From contig JANLHG010000005.1 in assembly GCA_024654575.1 (NCBI GenBank), forward strand, positions 65,260 through 129,259: a stretch of 64,000 nt of DNA, read 5' to 3'. Below are positions 1 to 9,340 of the stretch, one piece after another. Made by a program: the position numbers and the translations under genes. Every line of letters begins with the position of its first letter. Position 1 is the first letter of the stretch. The stretch comes from Patescibacteria group bacterium. GTDB taxonomy: Bacteria > Patescibacteriota > Minisyncoccia > Phycocordibacterales > PALSA-1337. The notes under the pieces were generated by a model, which ran no database searches, was not told the origin of the DNA, and worked only from the letters and a program-made list of their open reading frames with translations.

Positions 1-895
1 TTCCCAATCCAATACCATAACACCCCATCACCACTACTTTTTTCTCTCCATTTTCATCTTGATAAGTAAGGTCCAACGCTTCTGAAAATCTTGTACCCAA
101 ATTAAATATATTTCCAACTTCCACCGCTTTATCTTGTTTCAAATCTTTATTAGTACATATCGGACAAGCTATCTCTTCACCTTTTATTTCAGCATTAACG
201 GCAATATGACATTTTTCACAAATATGAATAATGTCTTCTCCAGCTGATGTTGTTGTCTGGAACTCATGAGAATATTTCGAAAATATTCCACCAGAAGCAT
301 GTGTAATGTATGTTTTTTCACCGATACCCATTCTGTTAAAAATATTCACATACGCCTGTTTGGCTTTTTCATAAAATTCCGCATGAGACTTTTCATCTTT
401 TGAAAATGAATATAAATCCTTCATCAAAAACTCTCTACCTCGCATTATCCCACTTTTAGCTCTTGCTTCATTTCTAAATTTTGTTTGAATTTGATATGTG
501 TAAACAGGCAAATCTCTCCACGAACGAATATAGTCCCGCATCAATGCTGTCAATTCTTCTTCGTGAGTGGAACCAAGTCCGATTTCAGTTCCATTTTTAA
601 GTTTTGTTTTGAACCAATTATCCACTTTTCCATCATCCCATCTATCTGTTTTTTCCCAAAGATTTTTATCTTGTAAAACCGTTAAAAAAATTTCTTGCCC
701 ACCAATAGCATTCATTTCGTGGCGAATAATATTACTTATTTTATTCATCACTCTCAAACCAAGTGGTAAAAAAGAATAGACCCCAGCCATTTCTTTATGA
801 ATATAACCGGCTCTTATTAATAACTGAGCATTTAAAGCCACCTCGTCTTTAGGCGCTTCCTTTCTAGTTTTTGTAAATAATTTAGACTGCAACAT
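1..895 (-). CDS. proS: Prolyl-tRNA synthetase (3' part runs off the window)
   Basis: Not in the ORF track; manual translation from ATG at 895 gives MLQSKLFTKTRKEAPKDEVALNAQLLIRAGYIHKEMAGVYSF..., with later FRNEARAKSGIMRGREFLMKDLYSF and VEVGNIFNLG motifs. Confidence 0.95.
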   Translation of the reverse strand, partial: MLQSKLFTKTRKEAPKDEVALNAQLLIRAGYIHKEMAGVYSFLPLGLRVMNKISNIIRHEMNAIGGQEIFLTVLQDKNLWEKTDRWDDGKVDNWFKTKLKNGTEIGLGSTHEEELTALMRDYIRSWRDLPVYTYQIQTKFRNEARAKSGIMRGREFLMKDLYSFSKDEKSHAEFYEKAKQAYVNIFNRMGIGEKTYITHASGGIFSKYSHEFQTTTSAGEDIIHICEKCHIAVNAEIKGEEIACPICTNKDLKQDKAVEVGNIFNLGTRFSEALDLTYQDENGEKKVVVMGCYGIGLG

Positions 896-910
896 AGGTG
901 TATTATACAC

Positions 911-2023
911 TTATTGCACCAATTTCAAAATATCTCTATAAGTAACGACTATCATAAGTAAGATAAGCAAAGCAAAGCCAATCATATTGAGTAAATTAGC
1001 GATTTGTGGCGGAATTTCTTTTCTACGTATTGCTTCTATAAGCACAAACAGGAGTCGTCCCCCATCAAGCGCAGGAAAAGGAATCAAATTTATAATAGCC
1101 AGATTAATTGAAATAATTGCAGTAAAACTCAAAAGATAAGAAAAACCGAGTTTTGTGGCATCACCAACTAGACCAACAATTCCCACAGGACCAGATATTG
1201 ATGAGAAATTAGCACTACCAGTAAAGATCTGGTAAATAAAATTACCTAAACCCATACTCACACCAACTATCATATGCCCAGTTAAACGAGCTCCTTCCCA
1301 AACAGCCGTCTGTAACGGCAAGTGTAAAGTTCCTACATCATCCATAGCAATACCTATAGCTACCCTACCTTCCACAATCCCGTTTTTCGGCATAACAGTT
1401 TTTTTGATTGTCTCCCCATTTCTTTCTAATGTTAAAATCAAATTTTTATTAGTATGAGATGAAATAAATCCTTGAATGGCTTCAACATTCACCGCCATCC
1501 CGCGAATTTCATCTTTTGTCACATCATCTTGAATTGAAACGATAGCATCTCCAGCTTTTATTCCCACTATATCCGCCGGTGTGTCTTTATTCACTCCGAT
1601 TACAGCAGTATGTGGATTGACAAAATTATCTCCGTATTTAGCATAATCAGAAGATGAAGCCAAAATACCTGTCATAAAAGAAAAAGAAATGAGAATCCAC
1701 GCAAAAAGAAGATTAAAAGCAATTCCAGCTATTAAAACTGAAGCTTGAATCATTCTGTTTTTATTCACAAAACTTCTACTACTATCTGGACCAGTCGTTG
1801 ATTCAGCATCTGGATTTTCACCAAAAATTTTTACGAACCCTCCGAAAGGAATCCAGTTTAAAGAATAAGTCGTTTCTCCATATTTTTTACTCCAAATTCT
1901 AGGCGGAAAACCTAAACCAAATTCATCAACTCTAATTCCAGATTTTTTAGCAACTATAAAATGGCCGAATTCATGCACTAAAATAAGCGCTGCCAAAATG
2001 ATTAAAAATATTATTATAGACAT
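911..2023 (-). CDS. rseP: RIP metalloprotease RseP (M50 family, PDZ domain)
   Basis: HEFGH zinc motif, NLIPFPALDGG motif, central PDZ-like region. Confidence 0.95.
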   Translation of the reverse strand: MSIIIFLIILAALILVHEFGHFIVAKKSGIRVDEFGLGFPPRIWSKKYGETTYSLNWIPFGGFVKIFGENPDAESTTGPDSSRSFVNKNRMIQASVLIAGIAFNLLFAWILISFSFMTGILASSSDYAKYGDNFVNPHTAVIGVNKDTPADIVGIKAGDAIVSIQDDVTKDEIRGMAVNVEAIQGFISSHTNKNLILTLERNGETIKKTVMPKNGIVEGRVAIGIAMDDVGTLHLPLQTAVWEGARLTGHMIVGVSMGLGNFIYQIFTGSANFSSISGPVGIVGLVGDATKLGFSYLLSFTAIISINLAIINLIPFPALDGGRLLFVLIEAIRRKEIPPQIANLLNMIGFALLILLMIVVTYRDILKLVQ

Positions 2024-2024
2024 A

Positions 2025-2573
2025 TTAATTCAAAATTTCTTTTTCCTTTTTTGCGAATAATTCTTCCAACATTTTATTTGCTCCATCTACATTCTTTTGC
2101 AATTCGTTCTTAAAACGAAGTGCGTCATCTTTTCCCATGTCCTTTTCTTTCTCTTTCATCTGAATATCTCTCACTACTGTATCACGCTGTATTCTTATAG
2201 AAACTTTAGCTTGTTCTAATCTTTCTTTAGCAATTTTTACTATCTGTTCTCTTCGTTCGGCAGTTAATTCTGGAAAAGAAACTCTCACACCTTTATCATC
2301 AAGAGCTACAGCAACACCCAAATTAGCCATACCGATAGCTCTTTCAATTTCTTTTGACATAGATGAGTCCCAAGGCGTAATGCGTATGCTTCTAGAGTCC
2401 TCAACAGAAACATTTGCTACTTGATTTATTGGTGTTTTTGAACCATATGATTCTACAAAAATACCATCAAGAAGCGACGGATTTGCTCGCCCAGTTCTTA
2501 TTCCAGAAAATTCCTTTTTCAACCATTCCTCAATCTCTTTTATTTTTTGTTTAAATTTTGAAAAATCGTACAT
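2025..2573 (-). CDS. frr: Ribosome recycling factor
   Basis: IRTGRANPSLLD and PELTAERR motifs. Confidence 0.97.
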   Translation of the reverse strand: MYDFSKFKQKIKEIEEWLKKEFSGIRTGRANPSLLDGIFVESYGSKTPINQVANVSVEDSRSIRITPWDSSMSKEIERAIGMANLGVAVALDDKGVRVSFPELTAERREQIVKIAKERLEQAKVSIRIQRDTVVRDIQMKEKEKDMGKDDALRFKNELQKNVDGANKMLEELFAKKEKEILN

Positions 2574-2607
2574 GAGAGTATTATATCACATTTGGATTTA
2601 TAGCCTA

Positions 2608-2660
2608 TAAAATCGAAACCCCGCAAAAGCGGGGTTTCTCGGAGGCCGAAGCCATAATAC
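2608..2660 (-). ncRNA. Candidate ~50-nt RNA (GGC-UUCG-GCC hairpin plus terminator hairpin); alternatively a leaderless 16-aa ORF
   Basis: Promoter TTGACA(2693-2688)-N16-TAATAT on the minus strand; perfect stem gaaaccccgc/gcggggtttc at 2615-2638 followed by a U-rich tail. Confidence 0.35.
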
Positions 2661-2694
2661 TTATTATATTAGCAAATACAAAAAATATGTCAAG

Positions 2695-2940
2695 AAAAAA
2701 CACCTCCGAGTCGAAACTCGAAGGTGTTAGGTTTTAATGGAACCGATGTTCCATAAGTAGTTTTTTCTGCCGACAACCGCCGGGAAGTAAGTCATACTCA
2801 GGACTTAATTGTTGTAATTGGAATTCATACTTTCATTCTTGCACATAATTCCACTAATTATACAAGAACTATCGCTGTTAATACCTATTGAATTTCAATA
2901 GATCAACCGGGACCCGCGAAACGATATATCCGATTCCACT
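2695..2940 (-). ncRNA. Candidate ~245-nt structured non-coding RNA
   Basis: TTGACA-N16-TATACT promoter with extended -10 at ~2972-2945; several hairpins; terminator caccttcgag-tttcga-ctcggaggtg-T6; longest ATG-started ORF found by eye is 22 aa. Confidence 0.45.
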
Positions 2941-2983
2941 ATAAAGTATAGCATACCCAGTTTTATTGTCAAGCGTTTAACTA

Positions 2984-3631
2984 TCAAACAATTAATGCTA
3001 CGTGTTCTAAAATCATTTTGACTGAGGGAGCCCTGTCTGATAGATAATTTTTAAACTTGATGATTTCTTCAATATGGCGAAAATCTTTTTTAGCGACAAG
3101 CTCTCTTTCAATACCATTGATAAATTCAATAGCATCCATTTTTTCAACAATCAATTTTGTCATTGCTAACCGTTCTGAAATAGCTAATTTTATAAACTTT
3201 TTAGCATTATCATTTATTTTTAAAGTAGACAAAAAAGGAGAAAACATTAGTCGTGAACGCAATGTAGGCATAAATATTTCTGATGACGGAGTTATTATAA
3301 AAAAATGATTTCCCGAAAATGGTTCCTCAAAAATCTTTAAGAGAGCATTTTGAGCTTCGCGAGTAATAAAATTAGTGGAAATTATGAAAATTTTTTTACT
3401 AGATTCATCAAATGATTTAGAAAGATGAAATTCTTTTATTTCCCTACTATCATCAATAGTCAATGTGTCATACTGGCGAACCCAAAGGTCTGGATTGCCA
3501 AATAATTTAATTTGAAAATCTTCCTCAAGAAATCTGTGTAATTCCTTAAGAATATCGTCCCTATTCCCTTCAATACAATAGGCGTGATGAAGTGTGCCGG
3601 TATTTTTAAGAGTATCAATAATCAATTGCAT
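2984..3631 (-). CDS. holB: DNA polymerase III delta' subunit-like
   Basis: HHAY, EAQNALLKIFEEP and PTLRSR motifs; start moved to ATG 3631, which has TATACT just upstream. Confidence 0.8.
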   Translation of the reverse strand: MQLIIDTLKNTGTLHHAYCIEGNRDDILKELHRFLEEDFQIKLFGNPDLWVRQYDTLTIDDSREIKEFHLSKSFDESSKKIFIISTNFITREAQNALLKIFEEPFSGNHFFIITPSSEIFMPTLRSRLMFSPFLSTLKINDNAKKFIKLAISERLAMTKLIVEKMDAIEFINGIERELVAKKDFRHIEEIIKFKNYLSDRAPSVKMILEHVALIV

Positions 3632-3664
3632 TAAAAAAGTATAACATATGCTACAATTGCCCGT

Positions 3665-4567
3665 ATGAATTTTAATTTTACAAAATATAAAACCAAAGAA
3701 AATAAAAAAATCGCCATAATAGCTATAATTATAGCGATTATAGCAGGTGGTAGTGAATACCAATATTACTCCCTTATTATCAAAATAGACGATAATAATA
3801 AAAAAATAGCCTCTACGACAACAGAATTTGAAGTCAGAATAAAATCACTAGAAGACGGAGTAATCGGTGTAAAAAATGACAATAAAACTCTGAGCGATGT
3901 CGTCCAAAGTAAGACCAGTTCTTATGATGCACAAATAGGAAATATTGCTGGAACTGTCGGTTCTCTTGATAAACTTTCAAAAACTGACCCACAATTAATA
4001 GAAAAATATTCAAAGGTCTTTTTTCTAAATGAACACTACTCTCCATCTACACTAGCCACAATAACCCCAGAATTTCTTTTAAACGAAGAAGCTAGATTAC
4101 AATTTCACGCTAGTGCCTACCCTTTTTTATTAAAACTTCTACAATCAGCTAAAAACGATAAAATAGAACTCAAAGTTATTTCTGCCTATCGTTCATTTGG
4201 AAAACAATCTTCTTTAAAGAAAAGTTACAATTTTATTTACGGTGCAGGCACAGCAAATCAATTTTCTGCTGATCAGGGATATTCTGAACACCAACTTGGT
4301 ACCACAATAGATTTTACCACCCCAGAAGTCGGTTCAAGTTTTAATAATTTTGAGAAAACAGAGGCCTATGACTGGCTTCTTAATAATGCTTATAAATATG
4401 GCTTTATCCTTTCTTATCCAGAAAAAAATACATACTATGAATTTGAACCATGGCATTGGCGATTTGTTGGTGTTGATCTTGCACAAAAATTAGAACGCGA
4501 ACATATGACTTTTTATAATACCGATCAAAGAGAACTAGATAAATATCTTCTTCTTATTTTTAACTAA
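3665..4567 (+). CDS. Membrane-anchored D-Ala-D-Ala carboxypeptidase, M15B/VanY family
   Basis: N-terminal TM and coiled coil; SAYRS, SEHQLGTTID and EPWHWRFVG motifs. Confidence 0.92.
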   Translation: MNFNFTKYKTKENKKIAIIAIIIAIIAGGSEYQYYSLIIKIDDNNKKIASTTTEFEVRIKSLEDGVIGVKNDNKTLSDVVQSKTSSYDAQIGNIAGTVGSLDKLSKTDPQLIEKYSKVFFLNEHYSPSTLATITPEFLLNEEARLQFHASAYPFLLKLLQSAKNDKIELKVISAYRSFGKQSSLKKSYNFIYGAGTANQFSADQGYSEHQLGTTIDFTTPEVGSSFNNFEKTEAYDWLLNNAYKYGFILSYPEKNTYYEFEPWHWRFVGVDLAQKLEREHMTFYNTDQRELDKYLLLIFN

Positions 4568-5623
4568 CTATTCTTCAATATCTGGTTTATCAATAGCTAT
4601 TGTCTCCATTTCTTGTGAGATTCCCGTTATACGTAATACATCTTTGTCTATTTTTTTAAATTCTTTGTTTGAATTATTAAAATGACTAACGACTGTTCCC
4701 AGTGAAGTGCCTAATTTTTTATGATAATCTTCAAAACTTTTCAAGTGTTTACCTAGTTGTTCTACTCTAACAATAATATCTTTTGCCGTTTCTTCAATCT
4801 GAAGAGCTTTAAGACCTTGAAGAACTGTTTGCAAAAAAGCCAGAAAAGAAGTTGGCGAAACAATAAGGACATGTTTTTCTTTAAATGCATACTCAATTAA
4901 ATCACGAGTATTTATTTTTACTCCCCCTACTTGAGCGACCAATAAATCATAATAAATTGCTTCGTGCGGAATAAACATAAAAGCAAAATCCATAGTACCT
5001 TCTGCTGGTTTTACATATTTTGCCGTTTCATCAATTCGCCCTTTTAAATCGTTTTTAAAAGCTTTTTCCAATCGCTCTCGTTCTGTTGGATCTTTTTCTT
5101 CAACTAATCTATTATAATTCTCAAGAGAAAATTTTGAATCAATAGGAATAATTTTTTCTTTAACAAAAACTACTGCGTCTACAATTGTTCCATCAGTAAA
5201 TGGATATTGCATTTGATAGCTACCCGGAGGCAAAACATTTTTTAATAATGTTTCTAAATAATATTCACCTAAAATCCCTCGTTGTTTCGGATTCTTCAAA
5301 ATATCTTGCAAATTTTGCAACTGGTCAGCAAAAGAAACCACTTGGCGATTTGTTTCATCAAGTTTTGTCAAACCTTGAGTGACTTCTTTTATCAGTTTTT
5401 GTGATTCTGAAAATTGTCGATGAACAGCATCACCCATATCACGAGCTGTTTGACCCATTTTAGTATCAACAGTTCTGGCTAAATCATTTACTTGTTGAAG
5501 AATAAGTTTAAAACCGGTATCATCTTGTTTAGGTAATTCTTTTTTTCCACGACTAAAAAGCAGATAGACTAATACCAGATTAACAATAAAAAGAATGATA
5601 ATAAAGAAAGTAATTGTATCCAC
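4568..5623 (-). CDS. rmuC: DNA recombination protein RmuC
   Basis: NPKQRGILGE, PIDSKF, DFAFMFIPHEAIY and VSPTS motifs; likely GTG start at 5623. Confidence 0.92.
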   Translation of the reverse strand: MDTITFFIIILFIVNLVLVYLLFSRGKKELPKQDDTGFKLILQQVNDLARTVDTKMGQTARDMGDAVHRQFSESQKLIKEVTQGLTKLDETNRQVVSFADQLQNLQDILKNPKQRGILGEYYLETLLKNVLPPGSYQMQYPFTDGTIVDAVVFVKEKIIPIDSKFSLENYNRLVEEKDPTERERLEKAFKNDLKGRIDETAKYVKPAEGTMDFAFMFIPHEAIYYDLLVAQVGGVKINTRDLIEYAFKEKHVLIVSPTSFLAFLQTVLQGLKALQIEETAKDIIVRVEQLGKHLKSFEDYHKKLGTSLGTVVSHFNNSNKEFKKIDKDVLRITGISQEMETIAIDKPDIEE

Positions 5624-5659
5624 AGACACAATTATATCAGAATATGCTATAATATAAAC

Positions 5660-6109
5660 ATGTCTCTTTATAATGATATAAAAAACCAAATAAAAGACGC
5701 CATGCGTGCTAGAGATGCGATTAGACTAAATGCTCTACGCAACCTTGCTGCTGGATTACAAACAGAACTTATAGCCAAAAAAACCACTGACGTTGAATTG
5801 AAAGATGACGAAACTCTAGCGGTGATAAGACGTTTAGTTAAACAACGAAAAGATTCTATTGAACAATTTACCAAAGGTGGACGCGATGATTTAGTTAATG
5901 ATGAAAAAGCTGAATTAGCGATACTTGAAACATATCTACCCGCAATGATGAATCAAGAAGATATTAAAAAAATTGCTGAAGCTAAAAAAACAGAACTAGG
6001 AGTAACTGACAAAACAAAAACTGGTATTCTCATGTCGGTAATAATGAAAGAATTGAAAGGTAAAGCTGATGGAGCTGATGTTAAAGCAGTAGTGGAAAGT
6101 TTATTTTAG
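5660..6109 (+). CDS. GatB/YqeY domain protein
   Basis: VKQRKDSIEQF..GGRDDL, YLP and KGKADG motifs. Confidence 0.93.
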   Translation: MSLYNDIKNQIKDAMRARDAIRLNALRNLAAGLQTELIAKKTTDVELKDDETLAVIRRLVKQRKDSIEQFTKGGRDDLVNDEKAELAILETYLPAMMNQEDIKKIAEAKKTELGVTDKTKTGILMSVIMKELKGKADGADVKAVVESLF

Positions 6110-6113
6110 TATA

Positions 6114-7082
6114 CTAAACTATAAAATTTTTGACTGAATAAAGGTCTTCTTCTTTATTTTCTTCTATTATTATTTCCTCTTTAGGACGATCGTCTATCGG
6201 TTTTTCGCCTTCAGTAATAAATCGTTCCATCATTTCCGTCTTCGGTTTTAATTTATTTGAATTCACTAAATCTAAAATAACTCTCAAATCATTAATTGAA
6301 AAGAAATCAATAGTAATTTTGCCTCCCACTTCCCTTTTTTCAATATGCACTCTAGTGCCCAATGATTCCGATAATTTCGTTTCTAGTTCAATGGTTTCTG
6401 GATTTAAAAAAGTTTCTTTTTTTCGTGTTTTTTCAACGGCAATTCTTCTTGCTATATTTTCGGACTCTCTAACAGAAAGTTTTTTAAATAAAATTTCTTT
6501 AAAAAGAGTTCCTCTTTCTTCTGGACGGTCATTTAACATAAGCAACGGTCTTGTGTGTCCCTCAGAAATTTTTCCTTCAGAAAGAGCAACTATAATATCC
6601 TCAGGTAATGCAAGTATTCTAATTGAATTTGAAACATATTCCCTACTTTTACCCATTTTTTCTGCAATCTGCAGATGCTTCATATTAAACTCTTTAACAA
6701 GTTGTTCAAATGCTCTAGCGCGGTCAACTGCATTTAAATCTTCTCTTTGTAAATTTTCAATAATAGCAAGTTCTAATTTAACCCTAGCATCTTCCTCGCC
6801 ATTTCTAATAATAGCTGGTACTTGTATCAATCCTGCTAGTTTTGCTCCACGTAGTCGTCTTTCACCTGAAATAAGCTCATATTCAACTGCAAGTCCGCCA
6901 TCTTCTTTAGCAAATTCTTTTCTAGTTACAACGAGAGGTTGGAGAATTCCATACATGCGAATTGACTCCGATAAATCTTTAAGTCGAGCTTCATCAAATT
7001 CTCGACGTGGTTGATATGGATTAGGTTTTACTTTCTCCACTTCAATCCAAAATATTGAGTCCCCATAAAATTGAGATGTCAT
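6114..7082 (-). CDS. parB: ParB/Spo0J partition protein
   Basis: PNPYQPRREF, GERRLR and IIENLQREDLN motifs plus HTH. Confidence 0.95.
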   Translation of the reverse strand: MTSQFYGDSIFWIEVEKVKPNPYQPRREFDEARLKDLSESIRMYGILQPLVVTRKEFAKEDGGLAVEYELISGERRLRGAKLAGLIQVPAIIRNGEEDARVKLELAIIENLQREDLNAVDRARAFEQLVKEFNMKHLQIAEKMGKSREYVSNSIRILALPEDIIVALSEGKISEGHTRPLLMLNDRPEERGTLFKEILFKKLSVRESENIARRIAVEKTRKKETFLNPETIELETKLSESLGTRVHIEKREVGGKITIDFFSINDLRVILDLVNSNKLKPKTEMMERFITEGEKPIDDRPKEEIIIEENKEEDLYSVKNFIV

Positions 7083-7148
7083 AGAAATATTATAACATAC
7101 TAATTTATGATAGCTGAAAACTCAAGTATGTTGTATATTATATTCATT

Positions 7149-7233
7149 GCCGGGATGGCGGAATTGGTAGACGCACACGACTCAAAATCGTGCGGAGTGA
7201 TCCATGAGAGTTCGATTCTCTCTCCCGGCACCA
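7149..7233 (+). tRNA. tRNA-Leu(CAA)
   Basis: Cloverleaf; anticodon loop CTCAAAA; long variable arm; TTCGATT T-loop; encoded CCA. Confidence 0.95.
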
Positions 7234-7264
7234 ACGGTGGATTTTATGATATAATTAAAAAATA

Positions 7265-8341
7265 ATGCGCTTCGTACAGCCAAACATTTTTTTATACTTT
7301 TTTCTTCTAATTTTGGGAATCAGTGGTTTCTTTTTTGCAGTTATTTGGCCTCAAGCAATAGGATTTTACGCTTTTATCACTTTTGCGGCAGCTGGAGGGC
7401 TTGGTGTAACACTATATATTTACCACACAAAAAAAAATCATAGACAACTTGTTTGCCCAATCGGTTCGAACTGCAATGCCGTCATAACCAGCCGATACTC
7501 TAAATTTTTAGGCGTGCCACTAGAATATTGGGGAATGTTTTATTACTCTATTATTTTTATCACTTATATCATTTTAATTTTCGCTCCTTTTTTATTTTCT
7601 AAGTTTTTTTTGTCTGGATTAGTAATGTTTACCGCCACTGCGTTTCTTTTTTCTTTGTATCTTTTGTTTGTACAAGGATTTCTTTTGCGTCAATGGTGCA
7701 TTTGGTGTCTTCTTTCCGCAACACTCTCTATCGGAATTTTTATTGTTTCTCTTGCAAGTGTTGATTTCGTAGTAGCTTTTTTGGCTGATATAATAATTAT
7801 TATCCAAGCGATTCACTCTTTGGGATTCATACTTGGAATAGGTGGGGCTACAGCAACTTTGTTTCTTTTCTTCAAATTTTTACACGATTTAGATATTAAT
7901 GAAAGCGAATCACAAATACTTAAAGGAATTTCAGAATTGGTATGGTTCGGTCTTGCTCTTACTTTGATAAGTCAGTTTGCCTTTTATATTGTCTCTGCTA
8001 AAACACTAGCTTTTTCTGGCCCATTTTTAGCTCAAACTATTGCCCTTTTTATGGTCGCGATTAGTAATGCTGTTTTAATGATAATTTTTGCGCCATTTTT
8101 AGCAATGATTCCATTTAATGAAATAACAGAAGAACATCGCTATTCCCCTCTTAAATCTCTAAAAAAGCCATTTTTTCTTATAGGAGCAATCGCGCTTTCA
8201 TCTTGGTATTTTTCTTTTTTAATGAATTATTCACCAGAATATGAATTGATTGTTTTGTTTTCAGTATATATTATAGTTATCATAATATCGGTCGGAACAG
8301 CATTGTTTTTGGAAAAAAGTATTAGTAAGGCCAAGATTTAA
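7265..8341 (+). CDS. Vitamin K epoxide reductase (VKOR) family protein with extra C-terminal TM domain
   Basis: CPIGSNCNAVITSRYS loop cysteines and WCIWC active-site CxxC. Confidence 0.85.
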   Translation: MRFVQPNIFLYFFLLILGISGFFFAVIWPQAIGFYAFITFAAAGGLGVTLYIYHTKKNHRQLVCPIGSNCNAVITSRYSKFLGVPLEYWGMFYYSIIFITYIILIFAPFLFSKFFLSGLVMFTATAFLFSLYLLFVQGFLLRQWCIWCLLSATLSIGIFIVSLASVDFVVAFLADIIIIIQAIHSLGFILGIGGATATLFLFFKFLHDLDINESESQILKGISELVWFGLALTLISQFAFYIVSAKTLAFSGPFLAQTIALFMVAISNAVLMIIFAPFLAMIPFNEITEEHRYSPLKSLKKPFFLIGAIALSSWYFSFLMNYSPEYELIVLFSVYIIVIIISVGTALFLEKSISKAKI

Positions 8342-8362
8342 GTTAGAACATCTTTACAAATT

Positions 8363-9283
8363 ATGCAGAAACTCCTAGTAATACTCGGTCCTACAGCTTC
8401 AGGAAAATCGACACTCGCCGTGGAATTAGCAAAAAAACTAAATGGCCTGCATGCGCAGGCATGTGAAGTTATTTCTGCTGATTCTCGTCAGGTCTATAAA
8501 GGACTTGATATTGGTACTGGAAAAATTACTCAAAAAGAAATGGACGGGGTTGTTCATCATATGCTTGATGTAGAAAATCCAAAAAATCGTTTTGATATAA
8601 CAAAATACCAAAAACTCGCTAAACAAAAAATAGAAGAAATTTTATCTAGAGGACATCTCCCGATTATTTGTGGTGGTACTGGATTTTATATCAGCTCTAT
8701 TGTAAACAATCTTTCTTTTCCTCCTGTCCCACCAAATAAAAAACTTCGAGAAAAACTTTCTAAATATTCTACAGAAACACTTTTTGAAAAACTTGAAAAG
8801 TTAGACCCTGTTCGTGCTTCTTCAATTGATTCTAAAAATAAAATTCGCCTTATTCGGGCTTTAGAAATAATCCAATCTATCGGTAAAGTTCCTCAAAACT
8901 CAAACACCGAGTGTTTGAGTTTTGACACATTACAAATAGGTATTGAGACTTCCCCAGAAAAATTAAAGGAAAATATTAATAAAAGATTGATATCTAGGAT
9001 AAAAGTCGGAATGATTGAGGAAGCAGAAAAACTTCATAACCCACCAACGGGCAAAGGACTATCGTGGAAAAGAATGGAAGAGTTAGGTCTTGAATATCGT
9101 TATCTTGCCTATTATTTACAAAAAAAGATAACTAAAGAAGAAATGATAACCAAACTTCAGACAGAAATTTGGCATTATGCAAAACGTCAAATGACGTGGT
9201 TTAAAAAAGATAAAAGGATTAAGTGGTTTAAAATTGAGGAGAAAGATGATATTATCTTATTGTGTAAAAGGGCGATTAGTTAA
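8363..9283 (+). CDS. miaA: tRNA dimethylallyltransferase
   Basis: GPTASGKS, SADSRQVY, GGTGFY and YAKRQMTWF motifs. Confidence 0.97.
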   Translation: MQKLLVILGPTASGKSTLAVELAKKLNGLHAQACEVISADSRQVYKGLDIGTGKITQKEMDGVVHHMLDVENPKNRFDITKYQKLAKQKIEEILSRGHLPIICGGTGFYISSIVNNLSFPPVPPNKKLREKLSKYSTETLFEKLEKLDPVRASSIDSKNKIRLIRALEIIQSIGKVPQNSNTECLSFDTLQIGIETSPEKLKENINKRLISRIKVGMIEEAEKLHNPPTGKGLSWKRMEELGLEYRYLAYYLQKKITKEEMITKLQTEIWHYAKRQMTWFKKDKRIKWFKIEEKDDIILLCKRAIS

Positions 9284-9340
9284 GTGGTATAATAGACGTC
9301 TCCAAAACGTCGGTCGGGGGTTCGATTCCCTCATCGCCCG
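9270..9340 (+). tRNA. tRNA-Trp(CCA), 3' CCA not encoded
   Basis: Acceptor stem gggcgat/atcgccc; anticodon loop CTCCAAA; overlaps the ends of both flanking ORFs. Confidence 0.9.

Noticed and set aside
485-779. Short plus-strand ORFs in the track, and similar ones inside clpB, gyrA, infB, ligA and pilB
   Set aside because: Antisense or off-frame shadows of well-supported genes, with no motifs or start signals
6319-7014. 231-aa plus-strand ORF
   Set aside because: Antisense shadow of parB with Ser/Phe-rich, non-protein-like composition
7429-7437. A9 homopolymer in the VKOR gene as a phase-variation tract
   Set aside because: Poly-A/T runs of this length are common throughout this AT-rich window and the frame is intact
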